DNA of 64,000 bases from an uncultured delta proteobacterium (GTDB lineage: Bacteria; Myxococcota; Myxococcia; Myxococcales; Myxococcaceae). Below, in pieces: positions 1 through 9,458 of the stretch. The stretch covers positions 64,001 through 128,000 of the forward strand of contig CAVYSY010000046.1 in assembly GCA_963771175.1 (NCBI GenBank), in the 5' to 3' direction. The translations under genes were made by a program, and so were the position numbers. Numbering within the stretch: position 1 is the first letter of the stretch; the number at the start of each line of letters is the position of its first letter. The notes beneath the pieces were generated by a model that worked only from the letters and a program-made list of their open reading frames with translations, did not search any database and had not been told where the DNA came from.

Positions 1-341
1 GGCAGGAGCAGATCCGCATGATGCTCTCCGAGTCCCTCAAGGGCGTCATCTCGCAGATGCTGGTGAAGAAGACCGGCGGAGGCCGCGTGCCGGCGCAGGA
101 GGTGCTCCTGTGCACCGGCTCCGTCTCCAACCTCATCCGCGAGGGCAAGACGTTCCAGATCCCCTCCATCATGCAGACGTCTCGCGGCATCGGCATGCAG
201 ACGCTCAACGATGCCCTGCTGGAGCTGGTGAAGAAGAAGCTCTGCGAGCCGAACGACGCCTACATCAAGGCCATCGCCAAGACGGAGTTCAAGCAGATGC
301 TCGAGCGCAACGGCTTCAAGATTGACCTCCCCACCTCCTGA
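1..341 (+). CDS. pilT: Type IV pilus retraction ATPase PilT-family, C-terminal part (5' end outside window)
   Basis: LSESLKGVISQML..GGRVPAQEVL..VSNLIREGKTFQIPSIMQT..GMQTL is the classic PilT C-terminus (AIRNLIRE and GMQT motifs); may be one of several paralogs. Confidence 0.85.
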   Translation, partial: QEQIRMMLSESLKGVISQMLVKKTGGGRVPAQEVLLCTGSVSNLIREGKTFQIPSIMQTSRGIGMQTLNDALLELVKKKLCEPNDAYIKAIAKTEFKQMLERNGFKIDLPTS

Positions 342-1830
342 GTTCCGGAGGTGGAGCGCCGCCGTGCTCGTGGCGGCGCTCACGGTGGGGGCTCTCGCCG
401 TCCGGCTCGGGCGGCTCCTGGAGAGCCCCGAGCCCCCTGGCACCGACGGCTACTACTACGTGGTCCAGGTGGAGCGCTGGCTCGCCACGGGCCATTTCCA
501 TGCGCCGGATGCCAGTTGGGTGCTGAGGGTGCTGGCCCTCGGCGCCGCCGGGCTCGGTGGGCCCGTGGTCGGCGTGAAGGTGGCCAGTGCGCTCCTGGCC
601 GCGCTGTGTGTCCCGGCGGCGTGGTTCGCGGGGCGGGCGCTGGATGAGGAGGGGAGGGGGCACACGCGGGCCCTCGGGCTGGCCACGTGGGCCGCCGTGT
701 CTCCGACGCTCACGCACCTCGCCGGGGATTTTCCGAAGACCCTCGGGGCCGTGGCTCCGCTCCTCGTCGTGCTCGCCTGGGTCGTCTCTGGCCGGCGAGG
801 GTGGGGGGCTGTCCTCGGTGGCATCGGGGCGGTCCTGCTCGCCGCCACCGCGCACCGGCTCGGGGCCTCGGTGCTGGGCCTGGGCGCGGTGGGGGCCGTG
901 CTCGGCCTCGTGCTGCGCGGGCGCGGGGACTCGCCCGAGCGCAAGTGGCCCCTCGTCCTCGTGGGCGTGGCGGGCCTGGCCTCCTTCGCGCTCCTCACCA
1001 CCGTGCTGCCCAACCTGCTCCACCCGAAGGACCTGGAGCGCGTCTCCTCGCAGCTCGACCTGTCCCCCGGCGTGCCGCCTCCCTTCGCGTACTTCGCGCT
1101 CCGCCGGACCCATGTCCTCCAGCAGGTGGAGCTGGGTGCCTCGTGGCTCGGGCTCGTGAGCGGGGCCGTGCTCCTCTGGCGGCGGAGGGCCCTGCGACCG
1201 CTCGTGATGGGGCTCCTGCTGCCGCTCGCGGTGTGCCTGTTTCCCCTGTGGCGCGGGGACGTGCTCGACCTGGGCTACCGCACCTCGCTGCTCGCGCCGC
1301 TGCTCGCCGTGCCCCTGCTGCTGCTCGCCGTGCCCCCGGTGCGTCAGGGCTTGAAGCTCCGTCCCTGGGCCATCGCCCTCCCGGTGCTGGCCCTCGTGCC
1401 CCTGGCGCGCTTGGGCTTCGATCCCCAGGCGACGCCGCCCTATGGCCGCTTCCGGGCCCTCATCGCCCGGCTTCCCCAGCCCCTGCCGGAGCTGCTCATC
1501 GCGCACCAGGGGGTGAACTTCCTCTACGACCACGTCACCGGCCGCGAGGCCATGGCCTGGGCCCCCGAGCCCGGTCTGGACCGCACGCGCATCGGACGGC
1601 TCGTGTGGGGCGTCCGCGATGGCGAGTGGATGGCCCATGCCCCCACCGGGGAGGGGCTCCCCGCGCCCGTCCGGCTCGATCGCGACTACGTCTACGTGCG
1701 CGAGGACGTCTTCGAGTCCTTCCTCGCCCATGCGCGGGAGGAGGGAGACGAGGAACTGCTCGAGCGGCTCGCCGACTGGCACAACCCCTCGGCGGTACGT
1801 CCCGCCTCCCTCCTGCGCAACCGCGACTGA
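322..1830 (+). CDS. Polytopic membrane protein, possible GT-C-fold glycosyltransferase
   Basis: 502 aa, ~10 hydrophobic segments, DGYYY motif in the first loop after TM1, soluble C-terminal tail; TTG start overlaps the pilT end. Confidence 0.55.
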   Translation: MTSPPPEFRRWSAAVLVAALTVGALAVRLGRLLESPEPPGTDGYYYVVQVERWLATGHFHAPDASWVLRVLALGAAGLGGPVVGVKVASALLAALCVPAAWFAGRALDEEGRGHTRALGLATWAAVSPTLTHLAGDFPKTLGAVAPLLVVLAWVVSGRRGWGAVLGGIGAVLLAATAHRLGASVLGLGAVGAVLGLVLRGRGDSPERKWPLVLVGVAGLASFALLTTVLPNLLHPKDLERVSSQLDLSPGVPPPFAYFALRRTHVLQQVELGASWLGLVSGAVLLWRRRALRPLVMGLLLPLAVCLFPLWRGDVLDLGYRTSLLAPLLAVPLLLLAVPPVRQGLKLRPWAIALPVLALVPLARLGFDPQATPPYGRFRALIARLPQPLPELLIAHQGVNFLYDHVTGREAMAWAPEPGLDRTRIGRLVWGVRDGEWMAHAPTGEGLPAPVRLDRDYVYVREDVFESFLAHAREEGDEELLERLADWHNPSAVRPASLLRNRD

Positions 1831-1837
1831 GAAATGG

Positions 1838-3136
1838 TCAGTCCAGCGAGGCCTGATCGGCGAAGAAGACCACGCGCCCGCCGCTCGCCGGGTCGGTGGT
1901 GCCGTTGTAGCCCTCGGTGATCGTCCACAGGTTGGTGCCGCTGCCCGTGGCGTGCATGCCCTCGGGCATCCTTGCCCACTGGCCGCTCCCGGACAGGTAC
2001 GCGGTGCGCGAGGCACTCGTGGACACCTTGAAGAGGGCGCCGGAGTAGCGCGTGGAGCTCAGCCAGTACGAGGTGGTCGAGGTCGTGGTCATGATGGGGG
2101 CCACGCCCTGCACGTTCGGCTCGTTGAGGATGTAGGCGCGCTCGGGCGTCACCGAGCCGCTCACCGTCTTGAGGCGGTACGTGGTGGAGTCCACCGGCCA
2201 GCGGTAGAGCCGCCCGCCGAGTCCCGGCGTGGAGCCGTCATAGGGGCACCCCGTGCCGGTGTTGTTGCAGTACTCGCCCGAGAGCACCACGTCCGTGGTG
2301 CCGCGCGTGTCCTTGCCCAGCCAGGAGAACTTGGGGCGGCAGGGGCTGGTGATGGTGGAGGGCACCACGTACGCGCTCACCTGCGGCAGCACGTACTTGT
2401 ACCCGTAGGCGCACCACACCGAGCCGACCTGGCCGATCGCCGTGTCGCACGTGGTGCTGGTGCTCACCTCGCGGATCTGCGTGAGGTCGAACACGCGGAT
2501 GCCATCGGAGGTGTCGGCCATATAGAGGTAGTTGCCGTACCAGGCCAGGCCGCCGCCGTGCTCGGGGATGACGGTGAAGTTGCCGGAGCTGGTGGGCCGC
2601 ACGAGCAGCACGTGGCGGTAGTTCACCGCGCTCAGGGACATGTCCGAGATGTCCGCCACCGAGATGCGCACGCCCTTCTCCGGGGCGGTGGTGGGCTCGT
2701 AATGCCAGGAGGCGATGGCGACGTTGGTGCTGCCGGACGTGCCCGCGGTCAGGGCCTGCGGAATCCAGTCCGGGGTGGACATGTCGCCATCGTTCCAGCG
2801 GAAACCACCCTTGTAGCCCACGGCCGGCGGGTGGTTGAGGGCGGTGAGCACGGGGCCCGCACGGTTCAGGTCCGCCAGGACTCCCGGCAGGCCGATCGCC
2901 GGGCCCACGGGCGTCATGTACGAGGCGTAGGTGCTCCAGGTGTTCTGGTCCTGCAGCCGCAGGCAGCTCGCGTCATGCGTCGTCAGCGGCGCGCCCTCGG
3001 TGAGGGCCTGCTGCCCGGTGCCCGTGGCTCCGTCCTCCAGGTCCGGCTCCGAGGCGGGGCCACACCCCGCGAGCCCCGCTCCGACGAGCCATGTCGCGAT
3101 GAAGAGTCCCCGCGTCTCCTTGTTGAAACCGGCCAA
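1838..3136 (-). CDS. Secreted lipoprotein of unknown function, probable beta-propeller
   Basis: GGAGG RBS with TTG start, lipobox LAGC, myxobacterial 'TGQQAL' linker, motifs WIPQ, HGGGLAWYGNYLYMADT, PEG. Confidence 0.7.
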   Translation of the reverse strand: MAGFNKETRGLFIATWLVGAGLAGCGPASEPDLEDGATGTGQQALTEGAPLTTHDASCLRLQDQNTWSTYASYMTPVGPAIGLPGVLADLNRAGPVLTALNHPPAVGYKGGFRWNDGDMSTPDWIPQALTAGTSGSTNVAIASWHYEPTTAPEKGVRISVADISDMSLSAVNYRHVLLVRPTSSGNFTVIPEHGGGLAWYGNYLYMADTSDGIRVFDLTQIREVSTSTTCDTAIGQVGSVWCAYGYKYVLPQVSAYVVPSTITSPCRPKFSWLGKDTRGTTDVVLSGEYCNNTGTGCPYDGSTPGLGGRLYRWPVDSTTYRLKTVSGSVTPERAYILNEPNVQGVAPIMTTTSTTSYWLSSTRYSGALFKVSTSASRTAYLSGSGQWARMPEGMHATGSGTNLWTITEGYNGTTDPASGGRVVFFADQASLD

Positions 3137-3199
3137 GTCCGCCTCCTGGAAAATAATGGAAAGCGCGACTTAACCGGTTCGCGGAGTGGTGGCAATGAG

Positions 3200-4636
3200 C
3201 TACTCGCGGGCGAAGAGGTCCGTCACCGCGGTGCCGCGCACGACGAATGCATCCGCCTTCACGAGGTCCTCGTAGCTGTTTCCCTCGCCGCCCACGCAGC
3301 CCACCTTGGCGGCCTGTGTGCCCTTGGACCACTCGACCACGAGCTTCTCGAACTCCTGCTTGCCCAGGTCCGCCACCCGCGCCATCTCCAGCTTGCCGCC
3401 GGCGATACGCACCGAGTCCTTCGTCGTCGAGTCCGCATACGGGTCCCAGTTCGTCTCGCTCCGGTGCCTCCGGCCGAACAGCTCCACCGAGGCCCACGGG
3501 CCGCTCGCGTTCTTCACCACCCAGGCGCCGTCGAGCACCTCGGATACCTGCGAGGACTCGTCCCCCTGTTCCACGGTGTTGTCATAGAAGACGAAGGTGT
3601 TGTTGCCGCGCAGCTTGAGCTGCCGGTTCGACTCCCCCATGTCCAGCCCCGTGCAGCGCCCGAGCCAGCGGTGGTTGGCCACCTTCCCCAGCGGCGAGCC
3701 CGCCAGTCCGGCCTCCAACGTGCGCTTCCGCTCGTCGCCGTCCGGCGTGCGCACGCCCATGGGCCCCTGCGCGTCCACCAGTCGCAGCTCGCTCAGCACC
3801 AGGTCCGGGTAGCGCTTGCCGGGGTACACCTGCTCCACCGCCAGCTTCCACACGCGGCCCTTCATCGGCGCCGGCAGCTTCAGCGTCTGCACTCCGCTCG
3901 CGTTCTTCACGTCCAGCGACACGGGCGCGCCGCCGTCCACCGACACCGCCAGCGTCTTCGCCCGCGCGTTCTTCTGGAAGTGGTCGTCCGAGCGCTGGTA
4001 GCCATTCCACAGCTCCAGCGCCACCAGCTCCACGGGGGCCTCCAGCGTGAGCGTGAAGGACTCGCCCGTGCCGGGGCCCTTGGAGCCCTCGGCCCAGCCG
4101 AAGTCCAGCCGGCCGTCGAAGAGGAAGCCCGGGTGGTACGCGTCCGCGGGCGCCAGCACCGACGAGGCCTCGATGCGTCCCGCCACCGTGCGCGGCGCCT
4201 TCACCGCCAGCGCCTTGCCGCCCTGGAGCAGCTTCACCTCGCCCAGGCACGCCTTGCCGCTGGCGGCCGATTGCACGCGGATGAAGAGCGAGCGCAGCTC
4301 CCGCTTCCCGAAGCCCAGCACCTTCTCCTCGGCGCCGAGTTTCTGCTCGGAGCTCTCTCCGGCGCCGTTCAGGTACAGCGCCGCCGTGAGCTCCGGCGCT
4401 CCCTTGCAGGTGCGCAGCGCCACGCCGTCGAGCGACACGGGCTTCTCGAAGCGCAGCAGCACGCCTTCCTCGGCCGGGTCTCCCTCGGGGCTCCAGCCGG
4501 TGGCCGGATCGCCGTCGAGCAACAGCTCGGCGCCGGAGCCCGAGGTGGGCGTCAGCGTCTGCAGGGTGAGGGGATCGGCGGCGAGGGCGGCACCGCCCAG
4601 TCCGAGCGCGGTGAGAAAGGCGAGGCGACGGCTCAT
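3200..4636 (-). CDS. Secreted protein with discoidin/NADase-type glycan-binding-like beta-sandwich domains
   Basis: Signal peptide (ALAA); two DG-x-x-T-x-W-like starts; motif WAEGSKGPGTGE..WNGYQRS..FQKNARAK..YPGKRYPDLVLSEL. Confidence 0.65.
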   Translation of the reverse strand: MSRRLAFLTALGLGGAALAADPLTLQTLTPTSGSGAELLLDGDPATGWSPEGDPAEEGVLLRFEKPVSLDGVALRTCKGAPELTAALYLNGAGESSEQKLGAEEKVLGFGKRELRSLFIRVQSAASGKACLGEVKLLQGGKALAVKAPRTVAGRIEASSVLAPADAYHPGFLFDGRLDFGWAEGSKGPGTGESFTLTLEAPVELVALELWNGYQRSDDHFQKNARAKTLAVSVDGGAPVSLDVKNASGVQTLKLPAPMKGRVWKLAVEQVYPGKRYPDLVLSELRLVDAQGPMGVRTPDGDERKRTLEAGLAGSPLGKVANHRWLGRCTGLDMGESNRQLKLRGNNTFVFYDNTVEQGDESSQVSEVLDGAWVVKNASGPWASVELFGRRHRSETNWDPYADSTTKDSVRIAGGKLEMARVADLGKQEFEKLVVEWSKGTQAAKVGCVGGEGNSYEDLVKADAFVVRGTAVTDLFARE

Positions 4637-5487
4637 GCTGCACCTCCAAGGATGGCGGATTCAGGGGACTCGAGCTGGTGCTCGGGGACGACGTAGGCGA
4701 CGCGGGCGTGGTTCTCGCTCAGCGGCTCATCGCGGAACGAGCCTCCGGCATGGGTGCGGCGGACGAGCCGGTTCTCCCGCCAGACGGAGCCGTCGCGGCG
4801 GACGAAGCGGTGCGACACCTCGAGCACCTCGCAGCGGAAGCCGGGGTCCTCGGGCATCCGCACCGCGCCCTGGACGTGGGTGGCGTCCACGCGCACCTCC
4901 AGCATGACGGGCCACGGGTGCGGGTTGCGGAAGCGCAGGTCCTTGAAGGGGAAGAAGACGGTGGCGCCGCAGCCGAACGGGGCGGTGCGCTCGTGATCGG
5001 GGAAGAGGTCCAGGTCGTGCCGGTGGCGCTCCAGCACCTCCAGGCCCGCGTGGACCGCGAGCCAGTAGAGCAGGTTGGCCACCTGGCACAGCCCGCCCCC
5101 GGGTCCGTTCGAGAGCCGGCCGTCATGCAATTCGGGGCCGGGGAGGAAGCCGCGGAGGCGGATGGGCGGGCCCACCACGGCATGCCAGGAGAACGTCTCC
5201 CCGGGGGCGAGGATGCACCCGTGGAGCCGCGAGGCCCCCAGCCGCACGTTGTGCTCCTTGGCGCGCTGGAGGGCCTCTTCGTAGATCGTCGTCTCCCGGC
5301 GCAGCGGGCTGGAGCGCTCGCAGTGCGCGTGGGGGAAGAGGGCGGCATCTCCGCGCTCGGGTGGGGGAGGGGGACGGAGCAGCGCCGAGGCCACCGCGGG
5401 CAGGCGGCGCAGCCCCGCGCGCACGGAGAACGGCACGAGTTGGCGGGCCAGGGCTCTCAGGGACACGGTCGAGGAGGGAGCGGTCAT
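4633..5487 (-). CDS. VanW-family protein
   Basis: HNVRL..LAPGETFSW..GGGLCQVANLLY..ERHRH..DLRFRNP motifs; ATGA overlap with the downstream gene. Confidence 0.85.
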   Translation of the reverse strand: MTAPSSTVSLRALARQLVPFSVRAGLRRLPAVASALLRPPPPPERGDAALFPHAHCERSSPLRRETTIYEEALQRAKEHNVRLGASRLHGCILAPGETFSWHAVVGPPIRLRGFLPGPELHDGRLSNGPGGGLCQVANLLYWLAVHAGLEVLERHRHDLDLFPDHERTAPFGCGATVFFPFKDLRFRNPHPWPVMLEVRVDATHVQGAVRMPEDPGFRCEVLEVSHRFVRRDGSVWRENRLVRRTHAGGSFRDEPLSENHARVAYVVPEHQLESPESAILGGAA

Positions 5488-5659
5488 CGACGGGGACTCA
5501 GGCGTTCTCGGCGTAGATGCGCTTCAGCCAGCGGCGCACTTCGGCGTTCTTCGGCATGGGGCTGGGACTCCTTGGAATCGAGGCGTCGAGCCTATCCCAC
5601 CGTAGTTCGTTCCGTGAGCCACGCCCTTGGCCCGCCGCATGCTTATGGCGCGGCTCGCC

Positions 5660-6658
5660 ATGTCTGGACCTCATGATCTCTTCGCCCGCTACACCTTCGG
5701 CCACCCCGAGCGGGCCGCAGCCGAGCTGCGCGCCGTCCTACCCTCGCATGTTGTCTCAGAGGTGGACTGGGAGTCCCTGCGGCGAGAGTCCGGCAGCGTG
5801 GTGGACCCGGAATTGCGCGAGACCGAGAGCGACTTGCTCTTCACGGCTCGACTGCGCTCAGGCCGCCCGCTGCTGCTGTACGTGTTGCTCGAACACCAGT
5901 CCTCGGTGGATCGGTGGATGGCGTTGCGCATGCTGCGCTACGTGGTGCGCCAGGTGGAGCGCTGGCGCCAGGAGCACCCGGAGAGCGGATTGCTCCCTCT
6001 CATCATCCCGCTCGTCATGTACCACGGGCCAGAGGGGGCCTGGACGGCACCTCGTCGGGTGGAGGACCTCTTCGAGCTGCCTGATGAGGGGCGGGAGCGA
6101 TGGCGAGCGCTGGTGCCGCGTTTCGAGTACCTGCTCGATGACCTGACGGCCGAGCGGGAGGAGGCGCTGCGCGCGCGCCCGGGACCGCCGCTGGTCCGGC
6201 TGGCGTGGCTGGTGCTGCGCTATGGGCGTACCGGGGAGTTGGCTCAGCGACTGCCGGACTGGGTGGCGCTCCTCGCGCAAGTGCAGGCCACCCCCGAGGG
6301 GGCCGAGCATCTGGTGGTGGTCATTCGCTATTTGCTGTGGGTAGGGGACAAGGCCGTCCGTGAAACGGCCGGGCGGGTGTTACATTCGGTGCTGGGTGAG
6401 CAACGAGCGGAGGAGTTGATGCGGAGCTATGGCGAGGAACTCATCGAGCAGGGACTCCAACAGGGCTTGGCGAAGGGGCTGACCCGAGGACGTGCCGAGT
6501 ACATCCTGCGGACTCTCGCCGCGAGGGGAGTGCAGGTCGACGAGGCGGCCCGGCAACGCATTTTCGCCTGCACGGATCTGGTCACCCTCGACCGCTGGTT
6601 CGACCGGTCCCTGAACGCCACCACCCTCTCCGAAGTGCTGGACGACTCGGCACAGTAG
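5660..6658 (+). CDS. Rpn/YhgA-like recombination-promoting nuclease (putative transposase), PD-(D/E)XK type
   Basis: HDLF..SDLLF..YVLLEHQS..MALRMLRY..PLVMYHG motifs and C-terminal GLQQGLAKG repeat. Confidence 0.9.
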   Translation: MSGPHDLFARYTFGHPERAAAELRAVLPSHVVSEVDWESLRRESGSVVDPELRETESDLLFTARLRSGRPLLLYVLLEHQSSVDRWMALRMLRYVVRQVERWRQEHPESGLLPLIIPLVMYHGPEGAWTAPRRVEDLFELPDEGRERWRALVPRFEYLLDDLTAEREEALRARPGPPLVRLAWLVLRYGRTGELAQRLPDWVALLAQVQATPEGAEHLVVVIRYLLWVGDKAVRETAGRVLHSVLGEQRAEELMRSYGEELIEQGLQQGLAKGLTRGRAEYILRTLAARGVQVDEAARQRIFACTDLVTLDRWFDRSLNATTLSEVLDDSAQ

Positions 6659-6739
6659 GGCCGCGAAGTGTCGGTTTCAGCGCCAGCCTTCCGAACGAGA
6701 GCGCTGACACTTCCCCCCGGTGGGTAGCCCGTTCAAGTG

Positions 6740-8275
6740 TCAGGTCTTCGCGTTGGCGGACTGGGGCTCGGCGAGCACCGGGGCCGGGGCGGGCACCGGC
6801 ATCGCGCGGGCCCCGAGCTGGCCGCCCACCAGCGACACCAGGGCGCCCAGCGAGCACACGGGCCGGGCGCCCGGCTCGATGATGCGCATGGCCAGGAAGG
6901 CCGCGGCCATTCGCGCCACCGCGGACAGCGCGAAGAGCACGTGCAGGTTCACCCACAGGTGGCCCCCGAGGGTGAACTCGGTGGGCACCAGGCTCGCGAG
7001 CCCCCCGCCCAGCGCCGAGGCCGCCGCGTAGGCGAGGCCTCCCGCGGTGGAGAACGCCGCCAGGTAGAAGGGGCGACCCTTGCGCGGCGCCACCGACAGC
7101 GGCAGCGCGAAGCTTGCCAGTCCGTGGCCGCCCCAGAGCACGCCGGCCAGCACCACGTCCAGCATCAGCGGCCAGAGGAACGTCGCCGTCGGGAACAGCC
7201 AGATGGCGGGAACCAAGCCGATGCCCAGCGAGCACGCCAGCAGCACCGGCTGCGCGCCCAGCCGGTCGATGATGCGCCCCCACAACGGCGCGGCGAGGAT
7301 GCGCATCCCAGCCACCGCCGCCAGGTACAGGGCCATCGTCAGGAAGCCCATCTTCAGGTTCTTCAGCATGTGGAAGGCGAAGAAGGGCGCCGACAGGCCC
7401 ACCGCCGCGTTCCAGGCCACCTGGTACACCAGCACCCGGCGCGCCCGCTCGTCATGCAGCGGCATCAGCGCCACGTGGAAGTCCAGCTTCGGCTTCTCCT
7501 TGTGCGGTGCCGGGTCATGCTGGCGCGCCATCAGCACCGTGGTCACCACGCCCGCCACGCACGCGAGCGCGGCCAGCAGCGGCAGGCCCAGGCCCACGCC
7601 CTCGGGCGGCCGCAGCTTGTCCATCAGCACGCCCGCCACCAGCGAGGCCGCCGTGCCGCCCAGCGTGCACAGCGCGGTGCGCCGGCCGAAGAAGCGCCCC
7701 CGGAAGGACTCGGGGACGAGCTCGCCCATCCACGCCACCCAGGCGTTGTTGCCGATGACGCCCAGCACCGCGGACACCCCCGCCACCGCCACCAGCAGCC
7801 GCTGCTGCCCCTCCAGCGTCAGCGGCAGCCAGGGCAGCACGCACAGCGGCAGCATCACCTGCCTCGACAGGCACACCGCCACCATCGCCACCCGCCGGTA
7901 TCCAAAGGTGGACGTCAGCCACGCCGCCGGGAATTGGATGAACTGGGCGAAGAAGGGCAGGGCGGTCATCACCCCCACCAGGAAGGGCCCCAGCTTCAGC
8001 GCCAGCGCCCAGCCGGTGAGCACCGTGGCCCCCGCGCACGCGGTGAACACCTCCGCCACAATCCCCTCGGACACCGAGGCCCGCAGCGAGCGGCGCAGGG
8101 CTTGACGCGCCGTGCCTCCCTTCGACACGCCGGGGGCGGCGGTGCTCGCGGGGGGGGCCCCCATCAACGGGGCGGCGGAGCCCGGCAGCGAGTTTCCGGG
8201 CCTGAACAGGGGAACAGCGGAGGCGAGGGCGGCGAAGCTGCGGAGGAGGTTGCGGCGCACGGTTTCCAGGGACAC
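6740..8275 (-). CDS. MFS transporter
   Basis: ~12 TM segments, WGRIIDRLG motif, W-MGELVP..RGRFFG. Confidence 0.85.
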   Translation of the reverse strand: MSLETVRRNLLRSFAALASAVPLFRPGNSLPGSAAPLMGAPPASTAAPGVSKGGTARQALRRSLRASVSEGIVAEVFTACAGATVLTGWALALKLGPFLVGVMTALPFFAQFIQFPAAWLTSTFGYRRVAMVAVCLSRQVMLPLCVLPWLPLTLEGQQRLLVAVAGVSAVLGVIGNNAWVAWMGELVPESFRGRFFGRRTALCTLGGTAASLVAGVLMDKLRPPEGVGLGLPLLAALACVAGVVTTVLMARQHDPAPHKEKPKLDFHVALMPLHDERARRVLVYQVAWNAAVGLSAPFFAFHMLKNLKMGFLTMALYLAAVAGMRILAAPLWGRIIDRLGAQPVLLACSLGIGLVPAIWLFPTATFLWPLMLDVVLAGVLWGGHGLASFALPLSVAPRKGRPFYLAAFSTAGGLAYAAASALGGGLASLVPTEFTLGGHLWVNLHVLFALSAVARMAAAFLAMRIIEPGARPVCSLGALVSLVGGQLGARAMPVPAPAPVLAEPQSANAKT

Positions 8276-8404
8276 GGAATCCCGAGGTGTGATGGTGCCC
8301 GAGTCGTCTCACGACGCACCGCGCCCACTCAAACCGACCCCTCGGGCCTGCCTGCCCCCCTTCCGGCCCCCAAAAGGCCGCCCGCCCCCGCAGCAAACAG
8401 GTGC

Positions 8405-8432
8405 AGTTCACACGGTCTTGAACTATATGAAC
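8405..8432. promoter_or_regulatory. Inverted repeat AGTTCA-N8-TGAACT plus an extra TGAAC half-site; candidate operator
   Basis: Perfect 6-bp inverted repeat in the divergent MFS/prenyl-synthase spacer, ~20 nt upstream of the ATG. Confidence 0.5.
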
Positions 8433-8453
8433 GGGCGCAGAGGAGAGGGGTAC

Positions 8454-9458
8454 ATGGAACTCGCGCGTGAACTGGCGGACTTTCTGGGGAGCGTGGAGCA
8501 GCGGCTGGGCTCGATGCTGGCGGATGGGGAGGTGGGCCCGGGAGTGCAGGGCGACACGCTGATGGAGGCCGCGCGCCACCTGTGCATCGGCACCGGCGGC
8601 AAGCGAGCCCGCCCCATGCTGGTGCGCCTGTTCGGCGGAGCCGTGGGCGTGGCCCCCGAGAAGCTGGTGGACGTGGCGGTGGCCTCGGAGATGATCCACT
8701 CCTCCAGCCTCCTGCACGATGACGTGGTGGACGCCGGCATGTTCCGCCGCGCCAAGCCCACGGTGAACGCCCGCTGGGGCAACATCGTCGCGGTGATGAG
8801 TGGAGATCTCATCCTCTCCACCGCGCTGCACCGCCTGGCCCACCTGGATCCACGCATCACCCAGAGCGCACTGGCGGTGGTGGTGGAGATGTCGCGCGCG
8901 GCCATCACCGAGGTGGAGGCCCGCGGCAACCTGGACCTGCCCCTGGAGCGCCTGCGCTTCATCGCCGAGGGCAAGACGGGCTCGCTCTTCGGCTGGTGCG
9001 GCAGCGCCGCCGCCACGCTCGCCGGCCAGCCCGAGGCCGCCCAGCGCTTCGACCTGTTCGGCCGCCGCTTCGGCGTGGCCTTCCAGATCGCCGATGACAT
9101 CCGCGACGTGCTCGGCACGGACCCGGGCAAGCCGCGCTACGCGGACGTGCTCTCGGGGACGCCCTCGCTGCCCATCCTCCTGGCGGTGGCACGGGACAGC
9201 AGCCTGAAGGGCAAGCTGAAGGACGCGTGGGCCTTCACCACGGTGAACCCCGAGCGCACCCGCGCCATCGGCGACGCCATCGAGGCCACCGGCGCCGTGG
9301 ATCTGGCCCTGGAGCGGATGAACAAGGAGCTGGATGCGGCCGTGGACGCGCTCGGGTCGTACGCGCAGCAGGGCACGGGGGCGGAGCTGGTGGACTGGGC
9401 GCGCAAGCTGTCGGTGGGCATGTCCACCCAGGCGCAGGAGCGGAGCCGGGCTGCATGA
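8454..9458 (+). CDS. Trans-polyprenyl diphosphate synthase, probably long-chain (IspB-like)
   Basis: GGKRARP, first Asp-rich motif LLHDDVVD..RR, GKT, second motif FQIADDIRD; small Ser residues at -4/-5 of the first motif suggest a long-chain product. Confidence 0.9.
   Translation: MELARELADFLGSVEQRLGSMLADGEVGPGVQGDTLMEAARHLCIGTGGKRARPMLVRLFGGAVGVAPEKLVDVAVASEMIHSSSLLHDDVVDAGMFRRAKPTVNARWGNIVAVMSGDLILSTALHRLAHLDPRITQSALAVVVEMSRAAITEVEARGNLDLPLERLRFIAEGKTGSLFGWCGSAAATLAGQPEAAQRFDLFGRRFGVAFQIADDIRDVLGTDPGKPRYADVLSGTPSLPILLAVARDSSLKGKLKDAWAFTTVNPERTRAIGDAIEATGAVDLALERMNKELDAAVDALGSYAQQGTGAELVDWARKLSVGMSTQAQERSRAA

Noticed and set aside
5660..6658. Rpn gene as an IS element
   Set aside because: No terminal inverted repeats or target duplication seen; Rpn proteins are not shown to be true transposases
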